From Ascidiella aspersa (taxonomy: Eukaryota), in the NCBI GenBank assembly GCA_963924565.1, contig OZ004607.1, positions 6,448,001-6,512,000 on the forward strand: a stretch of DNA of 64,000 bases. The letters are read 5' to 3'. Below, in pieces: positions 24,905 through 36,640 of the stretch; the first letter of the stretch is position 1; each line of letters begins with the position of its first letter. The notes beneath the pieces are model-generated. The model ran no database searches. It had not been told where the DNA came from and saw only the letters and a list, made by a program, of their open reading frames with translations. Made by a program: the position numbers and the translations under genes.

Positions 24905-25581
24905 GTAAGTGATATTTAATTACAAGTGTAAGTTTAACTATCCTAGTTTTTGCGTCGCCGAAGACCTGCAGGTTTTGTTCCTCTGGAGCAACTTTTTAAC
25001 GGCAGACCGCACCTGTGCATCTAAACACGTGGTGGCGCACCTATAGCGCAACTTTTATGTATACCAGTATTTCTCTTGTACTGGCTGTAATTTTTGCTTT
25101 ACATAGGCCTCGTAGTTAAATTATGGTATTTAAGGTACTGTGGGCCCAATAAGCTAATCCAAAGTATTAAGCAAAAATAGTAAACAATATATGTCGTACT
25201 TTTTTTCGTTGGCCCGCGGGCAGCGGTTGGGAAATGCTTCTTTGGGATTTAAGCCATATTAATTTAGGACTGATGTGACCCCTGATAAATTAAAATAAGT
25301 AGGTGTTAATGGATATAAAGGGGTTAGTCACATGGATTACCAAATGTCTTGGTGCATTTATTTAGCAACCTAAAACTATTGGTAATTATTATTATTGGCT
25401 TGCATTACGTAAAAATACTCTGCATCTCCCTTTGTTGATTAAAAATTTGTGATGGTAAAAAAGTAGGCGCCATGACTTTCTTTCCATCTGCAGTGTGTCT
25501 TGTTCAGTCTTATCAACAACAACCGACATTTCTTTCATTTATATTTAGACATTTGACTTGAGCGAAAACTTTTTTTTGCAG

Positions 25582-26151
25582 ATGAACAGCTGCATTTTGA
25601 TTTTGTCCGTTTTGGTTCTTGTCGTCGCTTTTAGCGAGGCGGCCGTGCTGCAGAACCGAAACAAGAGGCAGATTTTTTACAACGGACCAACCGGCATCCA
25701 TGGTAATGGTGCCGCAAGTCTTGGATTAGGACTTGGAGGATTCCAAGCCCAGGCATTGGCCAACGCAGGACTTGGAATTCAAGGATTTGGTGGAGCCCAT
25801 GCCGCGCTTGGCGGAACTGCCTCGATCAATAAGGAAGGGTTAAATGCCGCCGTTCAAGGCCAGGCAGGTATCGGCATTAATCACTTCGCGGGTGTTGCCG
25901 CGAATGCAGGTGGGCAACTTGCGATCAATCAGCACGGAATAGGCGCCGCGGCTAACGCAAATCTTCAAGCAAACCTTGGACCAATTCAAGCAGGAGCTAA
26001 TCTCGGCGGCGTTGCTCAACTCGGACCAAATGGATTGCACGCCGGGCTTCAAGGTGGCTTCAGCCTTGGGGATGAGTTGGGGGCTGCAGAAGGCAGGTTC
26101 CTCGAAAAGGACGGACTTTTAAACCAATATTGGATCATCGGTGCTCCCTAA
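25582..26151 (+). CDS. Secreted Gly/Ala-rich precursor, copy 1 (189 aa, intact, C-terminal variant KDGLLNQYWIIGAP)
   Basis: ATG follows the splice acceptor; hydrophobic signal MNSCILILSVLVLVVAFSEA, then RNKR and a Gly/Ala-rich core; AATAAA at 26232. Confidence 0.92.
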   Translation: MNSCILILSVLVLVVAFSEAAVLQNRNKRQIFYNGPTGIHGNGAASLGLGLGGFQAQALANAGLGIQGFGGAHAALGGTASINKEGLNAAVQGQAGIGINHFAGVAANAGGQLAINQHGIGAAANANLQANLGPIQAGANLGGVAQLGPNGLHAGLQGGFSLGDELGAAEGRFLEKDGLLNQYWIIGAP

Positions 26152-26841
26152 AAAGTAGAAGCGATCATCTTTAATCGCAACAATAGTCATTCTCATGTTT
26201 ACATTTGATGGTTATTTGTCATGGCGGTCAGAATAAAAGTTACAGAAATGTATAAAACAACCATGTTACGGTCAGCAAACTGTTTTAATCGCTCGAAAAA
26301 CGATGTGACTGAACAGAATCTTATACATTTTAGCAGTTAGATCAGTTCATCAACCAACCGATTTTATACTGAAAATTTAAGAAATTGGTGTATATACATA
26401 TAGGCTAGAACCAGTGACCAAATTTGTTCTCGAGACCTCCTTTAAGATATTCCATAACTTACGCGAGACCCTATTTTAGTAGATCACATGTAAACCAGAG
26501 GCAATTAGAATCATATTCAAAATGGCAGTTCGATTACTTGTCTGAATGGGTTGTTTTATTTTGCCAAGAATGTCGTCAAAACTATACAAAACTAACTAAA
26601 ATCAAGGTATAGCGTTTATTCGGGTTATTACGACTTTAATAGAAAAGTGTATTGACCGCTCGCAAAGTAACGAAAATAGGTTTATGGAAACTCGTAATTA
26701 ACCAAACAATATAAGGATTGTTCTACTATTGTATTTCAAAGTATAAAGCAGGAGTCTTGACTTTTTTACCAGTACACTTTCGATTTGTCTGCAAGTAAGG
26801 TGTATCCCATTAGAATAATTATCCCTACTGTTCACCTAAGC

Positions 26842-27047
26842 CAGTGCTTTTCAACCTTTTTGCTGGAGTGGAATCCTATGGAAACATTTCACTGGCTCGA
26901 GGAACCCGAGTGCAATAATTTCACTGGCTCGAGGAACCCCATTGTAATAAACACACCCCAATTAGCTACGCAATTTAGAAATTGCGGAACCCCTGGCCTG
27001 TACTAGCGGAACCCTTGGGTTCATCGGACCCTGGTTGAAAACCACTG
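26842..27047. mobile_element. hAT-like MITE with perfect TSD, present only downstream of + copies (also 34316-34522, 43745-43950, 52951-53156, 62384-62590)
   Basis: CAGTGCTTTTCAACC...GGTTGAAAACCACTG with TSD ACCTAAGC on both sides; the empty site is seen in the mirrored arm (~27870). Confidence 0.93.
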
Positions 27048-27098
27048 ACCTAAGCGTTAGCAACAATTTCCATTAAAATGAACTATCTAGGTCTAGGG

Positions 27099-27359
27099 CA
27101 GTGTTTCTTAATAAGGTGATTGGTTTACCCCAGGGTGAATAAATTTTTTTAAGGGTTGAACCAACCAAAAGGGGTGAATAAGGGTGAACGGTCAGAACAT
27201 GAATAATAGCTTGCGAACAAGGCGGATATTCCGGGTGTTCAGTAAACAGGTGGGAATTACCAAAAACAAAATTAATTCTAAGTTTTTTCACAAGGATGAA
27301 TGAAATCTGTAGATTGATGCTAGGGGTAAACAAAACTAAAAAAGGTTTAAGAAACACTG
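27099..27359. mobile_element. hAT-like MITE present in both arms near each tail-to-tail centre (mirror copy 27572-27825)
   Basis: CAGTGTTTCTTAA...TTAAGAAACACTG; TSD GTCTAGGG/CTCTAGGG; internal gggtgaa repeats. Confidence 0.88.
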
Positions 27360-28574
27360 CTCTAGGGTATGCCCACGTTTTGAGATACCGGATCAAACTA
27401 TATGTAACAGCATTGTCCTACTTTAATACTTATCACAAACCCATCAATAAAATATCACTTCCAAAAAATATCGTCTTATTTTATATTTAAAACAGTTTAG
27501 ACCAGGACCAGCAGTCGTAATCATTTAAGTGACAGGAGTAAGCGAGAGAAATTTGCGCAGATACCCTAGAGCAGTGGTTCTTTTTTTAGTTTTGTATACC
27601 CCTAGCATCAATCTCCAGATTCTATTAACCCTGATGAAACAACTTAATTTAGTTTTTGGAACTACTCACCTGTTCACTAAAAAGGTTGAACACCCGGAAT
27701 ACCACCCTGCTCGCAAGCTATCATCTATTTCTGACGGTTCACCCTTATTTACCCCTTTTGGTTGGTTCACCCCTGCAAAATGTTATTCACCCGGGGTGGA
27801 CCAATCACCTGATTAAGAAACACTGCCCTAGACCTGGAGAGTTTATACCAATATAATATAACTTGTTGCTAACACTTAGGTGAACAGTTGGGATAATTAT
27901 TCTGATGGGATACACCTCCTTACATGCAGAAAAATCGAAAGTGTACTGGTAAAACAGTTCAAGACTCCTGCTGTATACTTTGAAATACAATAGTAAAACA
28001 ATCCTTATATTGTTTGGCTAATTACGAGTTTCCATAAACCTATTTTCGTTGCTTTACGAGCGGTCAATACATTTTTCTATTCAAGTCGTAATAACCCGAA
28101 TAAACGTTATACCTTGATTTTAGTTAGTTTTGTATAGTTTTGACGACATTCTTGGCAAAGTGAAACAACCCATTCAGACAAGTAATCGAGTTGCCAGTTT
28201 GAATATGATTCTAATTGCCTCTGGTTTACGTGTAATCTACTAAAATAGGGTCTCGCGTAAGTTATGGAATATCTTAAAGGAGGTCTCGAGAACAAATATT
28301 TTGGCCACTGGTCTAGCTTACACACATATACACCAATTTTAGAACTTAATGTATAAAATCGGTTGTTTGATGAACTGATCTAACTGCTAAAATGTATAAG
28401 ATTCTGTTCAGTCACATCGTTTTTCGAGCGATTAAAACAATTGCTGACCTTAACATGGTTGTTTTACACATTTCTGTAACTTTTATTCTGACCGCCATGA
28501 CAAATAACCTTCAAATGTAAACATGAGAATGACTATTGTTGCGATTAGGCTGTAAAGATGATCGCTTTTACTTT

Positions 28575-29148
28575 TTAGCGAGCACCGATGGCCCAAATTG
28601 GAATTAGGAAATGATCTACGTCATTTTCGAGGAACCTGCCTTCTGCAGCCCCCAACTCATCCCCAAGGCTGAAGCCACCTTGAAGACCGGCGTGCAATCC
28701 ATTTGGTCCGAGCTGAGCAACGCCGCCGAGATTAGCTCCTGCTTGAATTGGTCCAAGGTTTGCTTGAAGATTTGCGTTAGCCGCGGCGCCTATTCCGTGC
28801 TGATTGATCGCAAGTTGCCCACCTGCATTCGCGGCAACACCCGCGAAGTGATTAATGCCGATACCTGCCTGGCCTTGAACGGCGGCATTTAACCCTTCCT
28901 TATTGATCGAGGCAGTTCCGCGAAGCGCGGCATGGGCTCCACCAAATCCTTGAATTCCAAGTCCTGCGTTGGCCAATGCCTGGGCTTGGAATCCTCCAGG
29001 TCCTAATCCAAGACTTGCGGCACCATTACCATGGATGCCGGTTGGTCCGTTAAAAAATCTGCCTTTTGTTTCGTTTCTGCAGCACGGCCGCCTCGCTAAA
29101 AGCGACGACAAGAACCAAAACGGACAAAATCAAAATGCAGCTGTTCAT
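28575..29148 (-). pseudogene. Array copy 2: a 2-bp deletion creates TAA after RNKRQIF; divergent C-terminus; exon 1 and promoter deleted
   Basis: ccgttaaaaaatctgcc at ~29047 versus ccgttgtaaaaaatctgcc in other copies; the intron is cut at ~29205 and joined to distal upstream sequence. Confidence 0.9.
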
Positions 29149-31725
29149 CTGCAAAAAAAAGTTTTCGCTCAGGTCAAATGTCTAAATATAAATGAAAGAA
29201 ATGTCCAATTCGGATGAATTTTAATTTCTGTCATGCCAATAGATAGGTAATGTTATTAGGACAAACATTTCGAAGCATTATGCTGGAATATCGTAAACCA
29301 TTTTCAGCCGGTGTGTATCACAGTGCTCAGTAACTTTTTTTAACTTGCTGAGTCAGAGACGGGCTCAGCACTCATCGAAATCGCACAATCGGCCAGAATC
29401 GCACTCGGGACTCGAAATTCGGACTCGGATTCATTTTTGTGGATGGAGTCGGACTCGGGTTATTTTTGCACGGCTCGGCAGCCCTGCCTCAAAACCCGAA
29501 ACATGCGGTTATTACCCCTATATATTGTACTTTTTATTTTATTTTCTTAAATTGTTTTTTCGAGACATCATGCAAGATAAACTAACAATGCGTGCAGGGG
29601 CAAAAAGAGCCAAACTTTTTTTTATTTTTTACAATGTTTTTTTTTTGCGTATAGTAAACGTCCGCTATGTTGTAAAATTGAAATTGTTATAGTAGGCTAT
29701 ATAGCTGTGGTAGGCTACCCTATCGCTTGGAAAGAAGTTTTATTTATTTCAAGATAAATAGAAAATTTTGACTTGTGAAGATTTGCAAAAGTTTTCGCCT
29801 GTCTAAGAATAGTGCACACACATTTAGAATACCTGCCTTAATGTACATTCCCGTATTAATTTTATTGACTATATTCGACAAGTTACACTTGGGTATAATT
29901 ATAAATACGTTGATGACTGTCTTAAGTTAGACAATATTACTATCGTCAATATTACTGTGGTGTTTTTACCTATGACGTATTTTTATTTATTCTTGCAAAC
30001 GTTTTTAAAATAGTAAGTCGTGAACAATATTGTCAATGTGTTTTACAAAGTAGAAAAGTTGTTTGGGCTCTTTATAACCACTATCAAATACATTTGGCGC
30101 TATTCACTGTTTTTCTAACCATTTGTCTTTCAATGACACTTGTACATAATGCGAAGCAAATATAGAAAAAGTAATGTAGAGGGTCTCGCCCAAAAAGTCA
30201 AAAGCGACGTGTTAAAGTTTTTGGTCGAAGAGGTGCAACTTTCATTACAAAAGCTGCATTACACACATTTTATCGATTCGCGCAAGCGATAAAACGACCT
30301 TAGGCCTAAATCGTTTAATCTACTTAAAGTGTAATTTTGAGAGATGGGTTATGACACGTACGACGCTTTGGGATAATACATGCGCAAGTGTTCCTTCGAA
30401 ATATAGTGAATAAATTTAATACGGGAACGTTATAGTACATCAAGGCAGGTATATATTCTGAGTGTAGGCCTATGTACTATTCTGGGACAGGTAAAAACTT
30501 TTGCACATATTTACAAATCAAAATTTTCTATTTATCTCAAAATAAACCTGTTTTCCAAGCGATAGGGTGCCACAGGCCACAGCTAGAGCCTACATTAATG
30601 GTTTCAATTTTACAACATCGCAGACATTGACATTTACGCAAAAAAACTCATTGCAATACATAAGTAAAGTTTAGCCCCATTTGTCCGTTATTGCCCCAAC
30701 ACGCATTGGTAATTTATCTTGCTTAATTAGTCTCTCGAAAAACAATTTATGACAAAAAAGTACAGAATACAATATGTAGTGGTAATAACCCCCTGTTTCG
30801 GGTTTGAGGCAGGGCTGCCGAGTCGAGTAAAAATAACCCGAATCCGACTCCGTCCAAAAAATGAACCCGAGTCCAACTCTCGAGTCCCGAGTCCGAATCT
30901 GGCCAAATGTGCGTTTTGATTAGTGCCGAGCCCGTCTCTGACTCAGCTCAAAAAAGTGCAAAAATGTTACTGAGCACTGATATACACCGGCTGAAAATGG
31001 TTAACGATATTCCAGCATCATGCTTCGAAATGTTTAATCTTAATAACATTTCCTTATCTAATGGCATGACAGGAATTAAAATTCAAACGAGTTGGTCTTG
31101 TTCAATTACAACCAACCTTGTTTGATACATTCATGCCCGATTGTACTTTCAAAGAAGCTTTCAACGTTTTCAAATAAAAGAATATAAAGGATGTGACTCA
31201 AAGGATATTCTCCAATTACGCTGAACTGTGCGGATATTTTCTGTTTTTACTTCCTCTATCAATTGCGCAAAAAATAACAAGAAAGTTTAGGTGACAGTTT
31301 CTTTCTTATAAACACGTGTCAAAGGGGTTTAAAATGTGATCTGAGTTTTGTATCCACGTGAAAGGGTGTATCCAGGGGGGAAGGTATGTCCCCCAAACTA
31401 TATTTTTTTACTGATATCATTAAAATAAGCTCAAACACTTTTTTAGCTTTGCGCGAATCTTATATGGTTTTGTACTTAGTATACTACCTTTTAATTATTT
31501 CGAGTATAATTTTTAGTACAACTGCATTTGGGAATGTACAAACATTTATCGTGTACCCAATGCCTTGCGTCTAGTTCTAACATAAAGGTTTTGTCAATTT
31601 CAACCATCTGATCTCAATATTTTTGCGCTCACGCTTTATCCCTTTTCAAATATATACATTGGACCAAGTATCGTAGATGAACGAGTTCGACCGGACATAG
31701 GAATTTCTAAAGGTAACTTGTATCA

Positions 31726-31747
31726 TGACGTCACGTTATGACGTAAC
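31726..31747. promoter_or_regulatory. CRE/ATF-like pair TGACGTCA plus TGACGTAA ~650 bp upstream of the TATA box
   Basis: Perfect TGACGTCA at 31726, 38024, 41154, 47227, 56659 and 59794; mutated to TGACTTCA at 50361; absent in copy 1 (~24305). Confidence 0.5.
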
Positions 31748-33114
31748 TTTCGACCCCTACGTTAAAACAACGCCGGGAAGATATTTGTACTCTAGCGTGG
31801 GTTTATTAGGTAGGTTATAATTTGAAAAAAATGTACAGAATATATCCGTTATTTTAAGCTTTTCAGGGTGAAAGAGTAGTGTGTTCCAAACGCTACAGTC
31901 TATGTTCCATAAAATGGCACAAATTATTAACTTTATGACACTTCTCTTCTGTTTTATTTTGCTATCGATTGTGGGACCAAGCTTTCGCTTGCCCAAATAG
32001 TTTTTTCGAAAAAATAGGCTTTATTTAATTACCAAAACCCCAGAAACGCTCATATTGGTTCTTTCACTGAATTTAAAAGCAAATATATCTAATCAACTAA
32101 ACCAAAAGATGATTATCGGTTTCTTAATATATCGGAATAATTAATCTTAATACAGTTTAGAGGCGATTTTTGTAAAGCAACATTGCAAAACACACAGGTG
32201 GTAATGCTTATTGTTAATTGTAAAACCCGAAAAATTTTGCCGGGAAAATATTCAACGTGATCTGCCACGTTTAAAAACAAACATCGTTGCGATACGACGA
32301 AGAAGTTAGGAACGATCGGTCTGTAAGTTTCGAGGAATCTTGACGTCCTAAACCACAACGCACCTCGCAAAATGCTATATAAACGCGACGAAGCACGTCC
32401 CAAATCACACTTTGCATTCAACAAGCAATACTACAAGGTAAGTGATATTTAATTACAAACGTAAGCTTAACTATCCTAGTTTTTGCGTCGCCGAAGACCT
32501 GCTGGTTTTGTTCCTCTGGAGCAACTTTTTAACGTCAGATCGCACCTGTGTATCTAAACACGTGGTGGCGCGCCTATAGCGCAACTTTTATGTATACCAG
32601 TATTTGGCTTGTACTGGCTGTAGATTTTGCTTTACATAGGCCTCGTAGTTGAATTATGGTCTTTAAAGTACTGTGGGCCCAATAAGCTAATCCAAAGTAT
32701 TAAGCAAAAATAGTAAACAATATATGTCGTACTTTTTTTCGTTGGCCCTCGGGCAGCGGTCGGGAAATGCTTCTTTTGTAATTTAAGCCATATTAATTTA
32801 GGACTGATGTGACCCCTGATAAATTAAAACAAGTAGGTGTTAATGGATATAAAGGGGTTAGTCACATGGATTACCAAATGTATTGGTGCATTTATTTAGC
32901 AACCTAAAACTATTGGTAATTATTATTATTGGCTTGCATTACGTAAAAATACTCTGCATCTCCCTTTGTTGATTAAAAATTTGTGATGGTAAAAAAGTAG
33001 GCGCCATGACTTTCTTTCCATCTGCAGTGTGTCTTGTTCAGTCTTATCAACAACAACCGACATTTCTTTCATTTATATTTAGACATTTGACTTGAGCGAA
33101 AATTTTTTTTGCAG

Positions 33115-33684
33115 ATGAACAGCTGCATTTTGATTTTGTCCGTTTTGGTTCTTGTCGTCGCTTTTAGCGAGGCGGCCGTGCTGCAGAACCGAAACAAGAG
33201 GCAGATTTTTTACAACGGACCAACCGGCATCCATGGTAATGGTGCCGCAAGTCTTGGATTAGGACTTGGAGGATTCCAAGCCCAGGCATTGGCCAACGCA
33301 GGACTTGGAATTCAAGGATTTGGTGGAGCCCATGCCGCGCTTGGCGGAACTGCCTCGATCAATAAGGAAGGGTTAAATGCCGCCGTTCAAGGCCAGGCAG
33401 GTATCGGCATTAATCACTTAGCGGGTGTTGCCGCGAATGCAGGTGGGCAACTTGCGATCAATCAGCACGGAATAGGCGCCGCGGCTAACGCAAATCTTCA
33501 AGCAAACCTTGGACCAATTCAAGCAGGAGCTAATCTCGGCGGCGTTGCTCAACTCGGACCAAATGGATTGCACGCCGGGCTTCAAGGTGGCTTCAGCCTT
33601 GGGGATGAGTTGGGGGCTGCAGAAGGCAGGTTCCTTGAAAATGACGGAGTTTTTAACAAATATTGGATCGTCGGTGCTCCCTAA
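33115..33684 (+). CDS. Secreted Gly/Ala-rich precursor, copy 3 (189 aa, intact; NHL instead of NHF)
   Basis: ORF 33109..33684 with the ATG after the acceptor; donor at 32437/32438. Confidence 0.93.
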   Translation: MNSCILILSVLVLVVAFSEAAVLQNRNKRQIFYNGPTGIHGNGAASLGLGLGGFQAQALANAGLGIQGFGGAHAALGGTASINKEGLNAAVQGQAGIGINHLAGVAANAGGQLAINQHGIGAAANANLQANLGPIQAGANLGGVAQLGPNGLHAGLQGGFSLGDELGAAEGRFLENDGVFNKYWIVGAP

Positions 33685-36071
33685 AAAGTAGAAGCGATCA
33701 TCTTTACAGCCTAATTGCAACAATAGTCATTCTCATGTTTACATTTGATGGTTATTTGTCATGGCGGTCAGAATAAAAGTTACATAAATGTACAAAACAA
33801 CCATGTTAAGGTCAGCAAACTGTTTTAATCGCTCGAAAAACGATGTGACTGAACATATTCTTATACATTTTAGCAGTTAGATCAGTTCATCAACCAACCG
33901 ATTTTATACTGTAAATTTAAGAAATTGGTGTATATACATATAGGCTAGAACCAGTGACCAAATTTGTTCTCGAGACCTCCTTTAAGATATTCCATAACTT
34001 ACGCGAGACCCTATTATAGTAGATTACACGTAAACCAAAGGCAATTAGAATCATATTACACAAAACTAACTAAAATCAAGGTATAGCGTTTATTCGGGTT
34101 ATTACGACTTGAATAGAAAAGTGCATTGACCGCTCGCAAAGTAACGAAAATAGGTTTATAGAAACTCATAATTAACCAAGCAATATAAGGATTGTTTTAC
34201 TATTGTATTTCAAAGTATAAAGCAGGAGTCTTGACTTTTTTACCAGTACACTTTCGATTTGTCTGCAAGTAAGGTGTATCCAATTAGAATAATTATCCCT
34301 ACTGTTCACCTAAGCCAGTGCTTTTCAACCTTTTTGCTGGAGTAGAATGCCATGGAAACATTTCACTGGCTCGAGGAACCCGAGTGCAATAATTTCACTG
34401 GCTCGTGAAACCCCAGTGTAATAAACACACCCCCAATTAGCTACACAATTAAGAAATTGCGGAACCCCTGGCCTGTACTAGCGGAACCCTTGGGTTCATC
34501 GGACCCTGGTTGAAAACCACTGACCTAAGCGTTAGCAACAATTTATATTAAAATGAATTCTCTAGGTCTAGGGCAGTATTTCTTAATAAGGTGATTGGTT
34601 TACCCCAGGGTGAATCAATTTTTTTAAGGGTTGAACCAACCAAAAGGGGTGAATAAGGGTGAACGGTCAGAACATGAATGATAGCTTGCGAACAAGGCGG
34701 ATATTCCGGGTGTTCAGTGAACAGGTGGGAATTACCAAAAACAAAATTAATTCTAAGTTTTTTCACAAAGATGAATGGAATCTGTAGATTGATGCTAGGA
34801 GTAAACAAAACTAAAAAAGGTTTAAGAAACACTGCTCTAGGGTATGCCCACGTTTTGCGATACCGGATCAAAATATGCAACAGCATTGTCCTACTTTAAT
34901 ACTTAAGAGAAAAATAGAATATCACAAACCCATCAATAAAATATCACTTCCAAAAAATATCGTCTTATTTTATATTTAAAACAGTTTAGACCAGGACCAG
35001 GAGTCCTAATCTTCTAAGTGACAGGAGTAAGCGAGAGAAATTTGCGCAGATACCCTAGAGCAGTGGTTCTTAAACTGTTTTTAGTTTTGTATACCCCTAG
35101 CATCGATCTCCAGATTCTATTAACCCTGATAAAAAAACTTAATTTAGTTTTTGGAAATTCTCACCTGTTCACTAAACAGGTTGAACACCCGGAATACCAC
35201 CCTGCTCGCAAGCTATCATCCATTTCTGACGGTTCACCCTTATTTACTCCTTTTGGTTGATTCACCCCTGCAAAATGTTATTCACCCGGGGTGGACCAAT
35301 CACCTGATTAAGAAACACTGCCCTAGACCTGGAGAGTTTATTTAAATAGAATATAAATTGTTGCTAACACTTAGGTGAACAGTTGGGATAATTATTCTGA
35401 TGGCATACACCTTACATGCAGACAAATCGAAAGTGTACTGGTAAAAAAGTTCAAGACTTCTGCTTTATACTTTGAAATACAATAGTAAAACAATCACTAT
35501 ATTGTTTGGTTAATTACGAGTTTCCATAAACCGATTTTCATTGTTACTTCACGAGCGGCCAATACATTTTTCTATTCAAGTCGTAATGACCCGAATAAAC
35601 GCTATACCTTGATTTTAGTTAGTTTTGTATAGTTTTGACGACATTCTTGGCAAAGTGAAACAACCCATTCTGACAATTAATCGAACTGCCATTTTGAATA
35701 GGATTCTAATTGCCTCTGGTTTACGTGTAATCTACTAAAATAGGGTCTCGCGTAAGTTATGGAATATCTTAAAGGAGGTCTCGAGAACAAATATTTTGGC
35801 CACTGGTCTAGCTTACACACATATACACCAATTTCTAGAACTTAATGTATAAAATCGGTTGGTTGATGAACTGATCTAACTGCTAAAATGTATAAGATTC
35901 TGTTCAGTCACATCGTTTTTCGAGCGATTAAAACAGTTTGCTGACCTTAACATGGTTGTTTTATACATTTCTGTAACTTTTATTCTGACCGCCATGACAA
36001 ATAACAATCAAATGTAAACATGAGAATGACTATTGTTGCGATTAGGCTGTAAAGATGATCGCTTCTACTTT

Positions 36072-36640
36072 TTAGGGAGCACCGATGATCCAATTTGAGT
36101 TAAAAACTCCGTCATTTTCGAGGAACCTGCCTTCTGCAGCCCTCAACTCATCCCCAAGGCTGAAGCAACCTTGAAGACCGGCGTGCAATCCATTTGGTCC
36201 GAGTTGAGCAACGCCGCCGAGATTAGCTCCTGCTTGAATTGGTCCAAGGTTTCCTTGAAGATTTGCGTTAGCTCCGACGCCTATTCCGTGCTGATTGATC
36301 GCAAGTTGCCCACCTGCATTCGCGGCAACACCTGCGAAGTGATTAATGCCGATACCTGCTTGGCCTTGAACGGCGGCATTTAACCCTTCCTTATTGATCG
36401 AGGCAGTTCCGCCAAGCGCGGCTTGGGCTCCACCAAATCCATGAATTCCAAGTCCTGCGTTGGCCAATGCCTGGGCTTGGAATCCTCCAGGTGCTAATCC
36501 AAGACTTGCGGACCATTACCATGGATGCCGGTTGGTCCGTTGTAAAAAATCTGCCTTTTGTTTCGTTTCTGCAGCACGGCCGCCTCGCTGAAAGCGACGA
36601 CAAGAACCAAAACGGACAAAATCAAAATGCAGCTGTTCAT
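36072..36640 (-). pseudogene. Array copy 4: 1-bp deletion at ~36511 causes a frameshift and early stop
   Basis: gacttgcggaccattacc versus gacttgcggcaccattacc; span 569 rather than 570 nt; promoter and intron intact. A single-base assembly error cannot be excluded. Confidence 0.8.

Noticed and set aside
32220-32780. NF-kB-like GGGAAA motifs near the array promoter
   Set aside because: gggaaaatattc and gggaaatgcttc do not fit GGGRNWYYCC, so they are not used as evidence of immune regulation
33109-33114. ORF-track start MQ (TTG CAG) giving 191 aa
   Set aside because: TTGCAG is the intron acceptor; the real start is the following ATG (189 aa)
33418-33723. Antisense and alternative-frame ORFs over the secreted-protein CDS
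   Set aside because: Shadows of a GC-richer coding sequence, with no splice or promoter support
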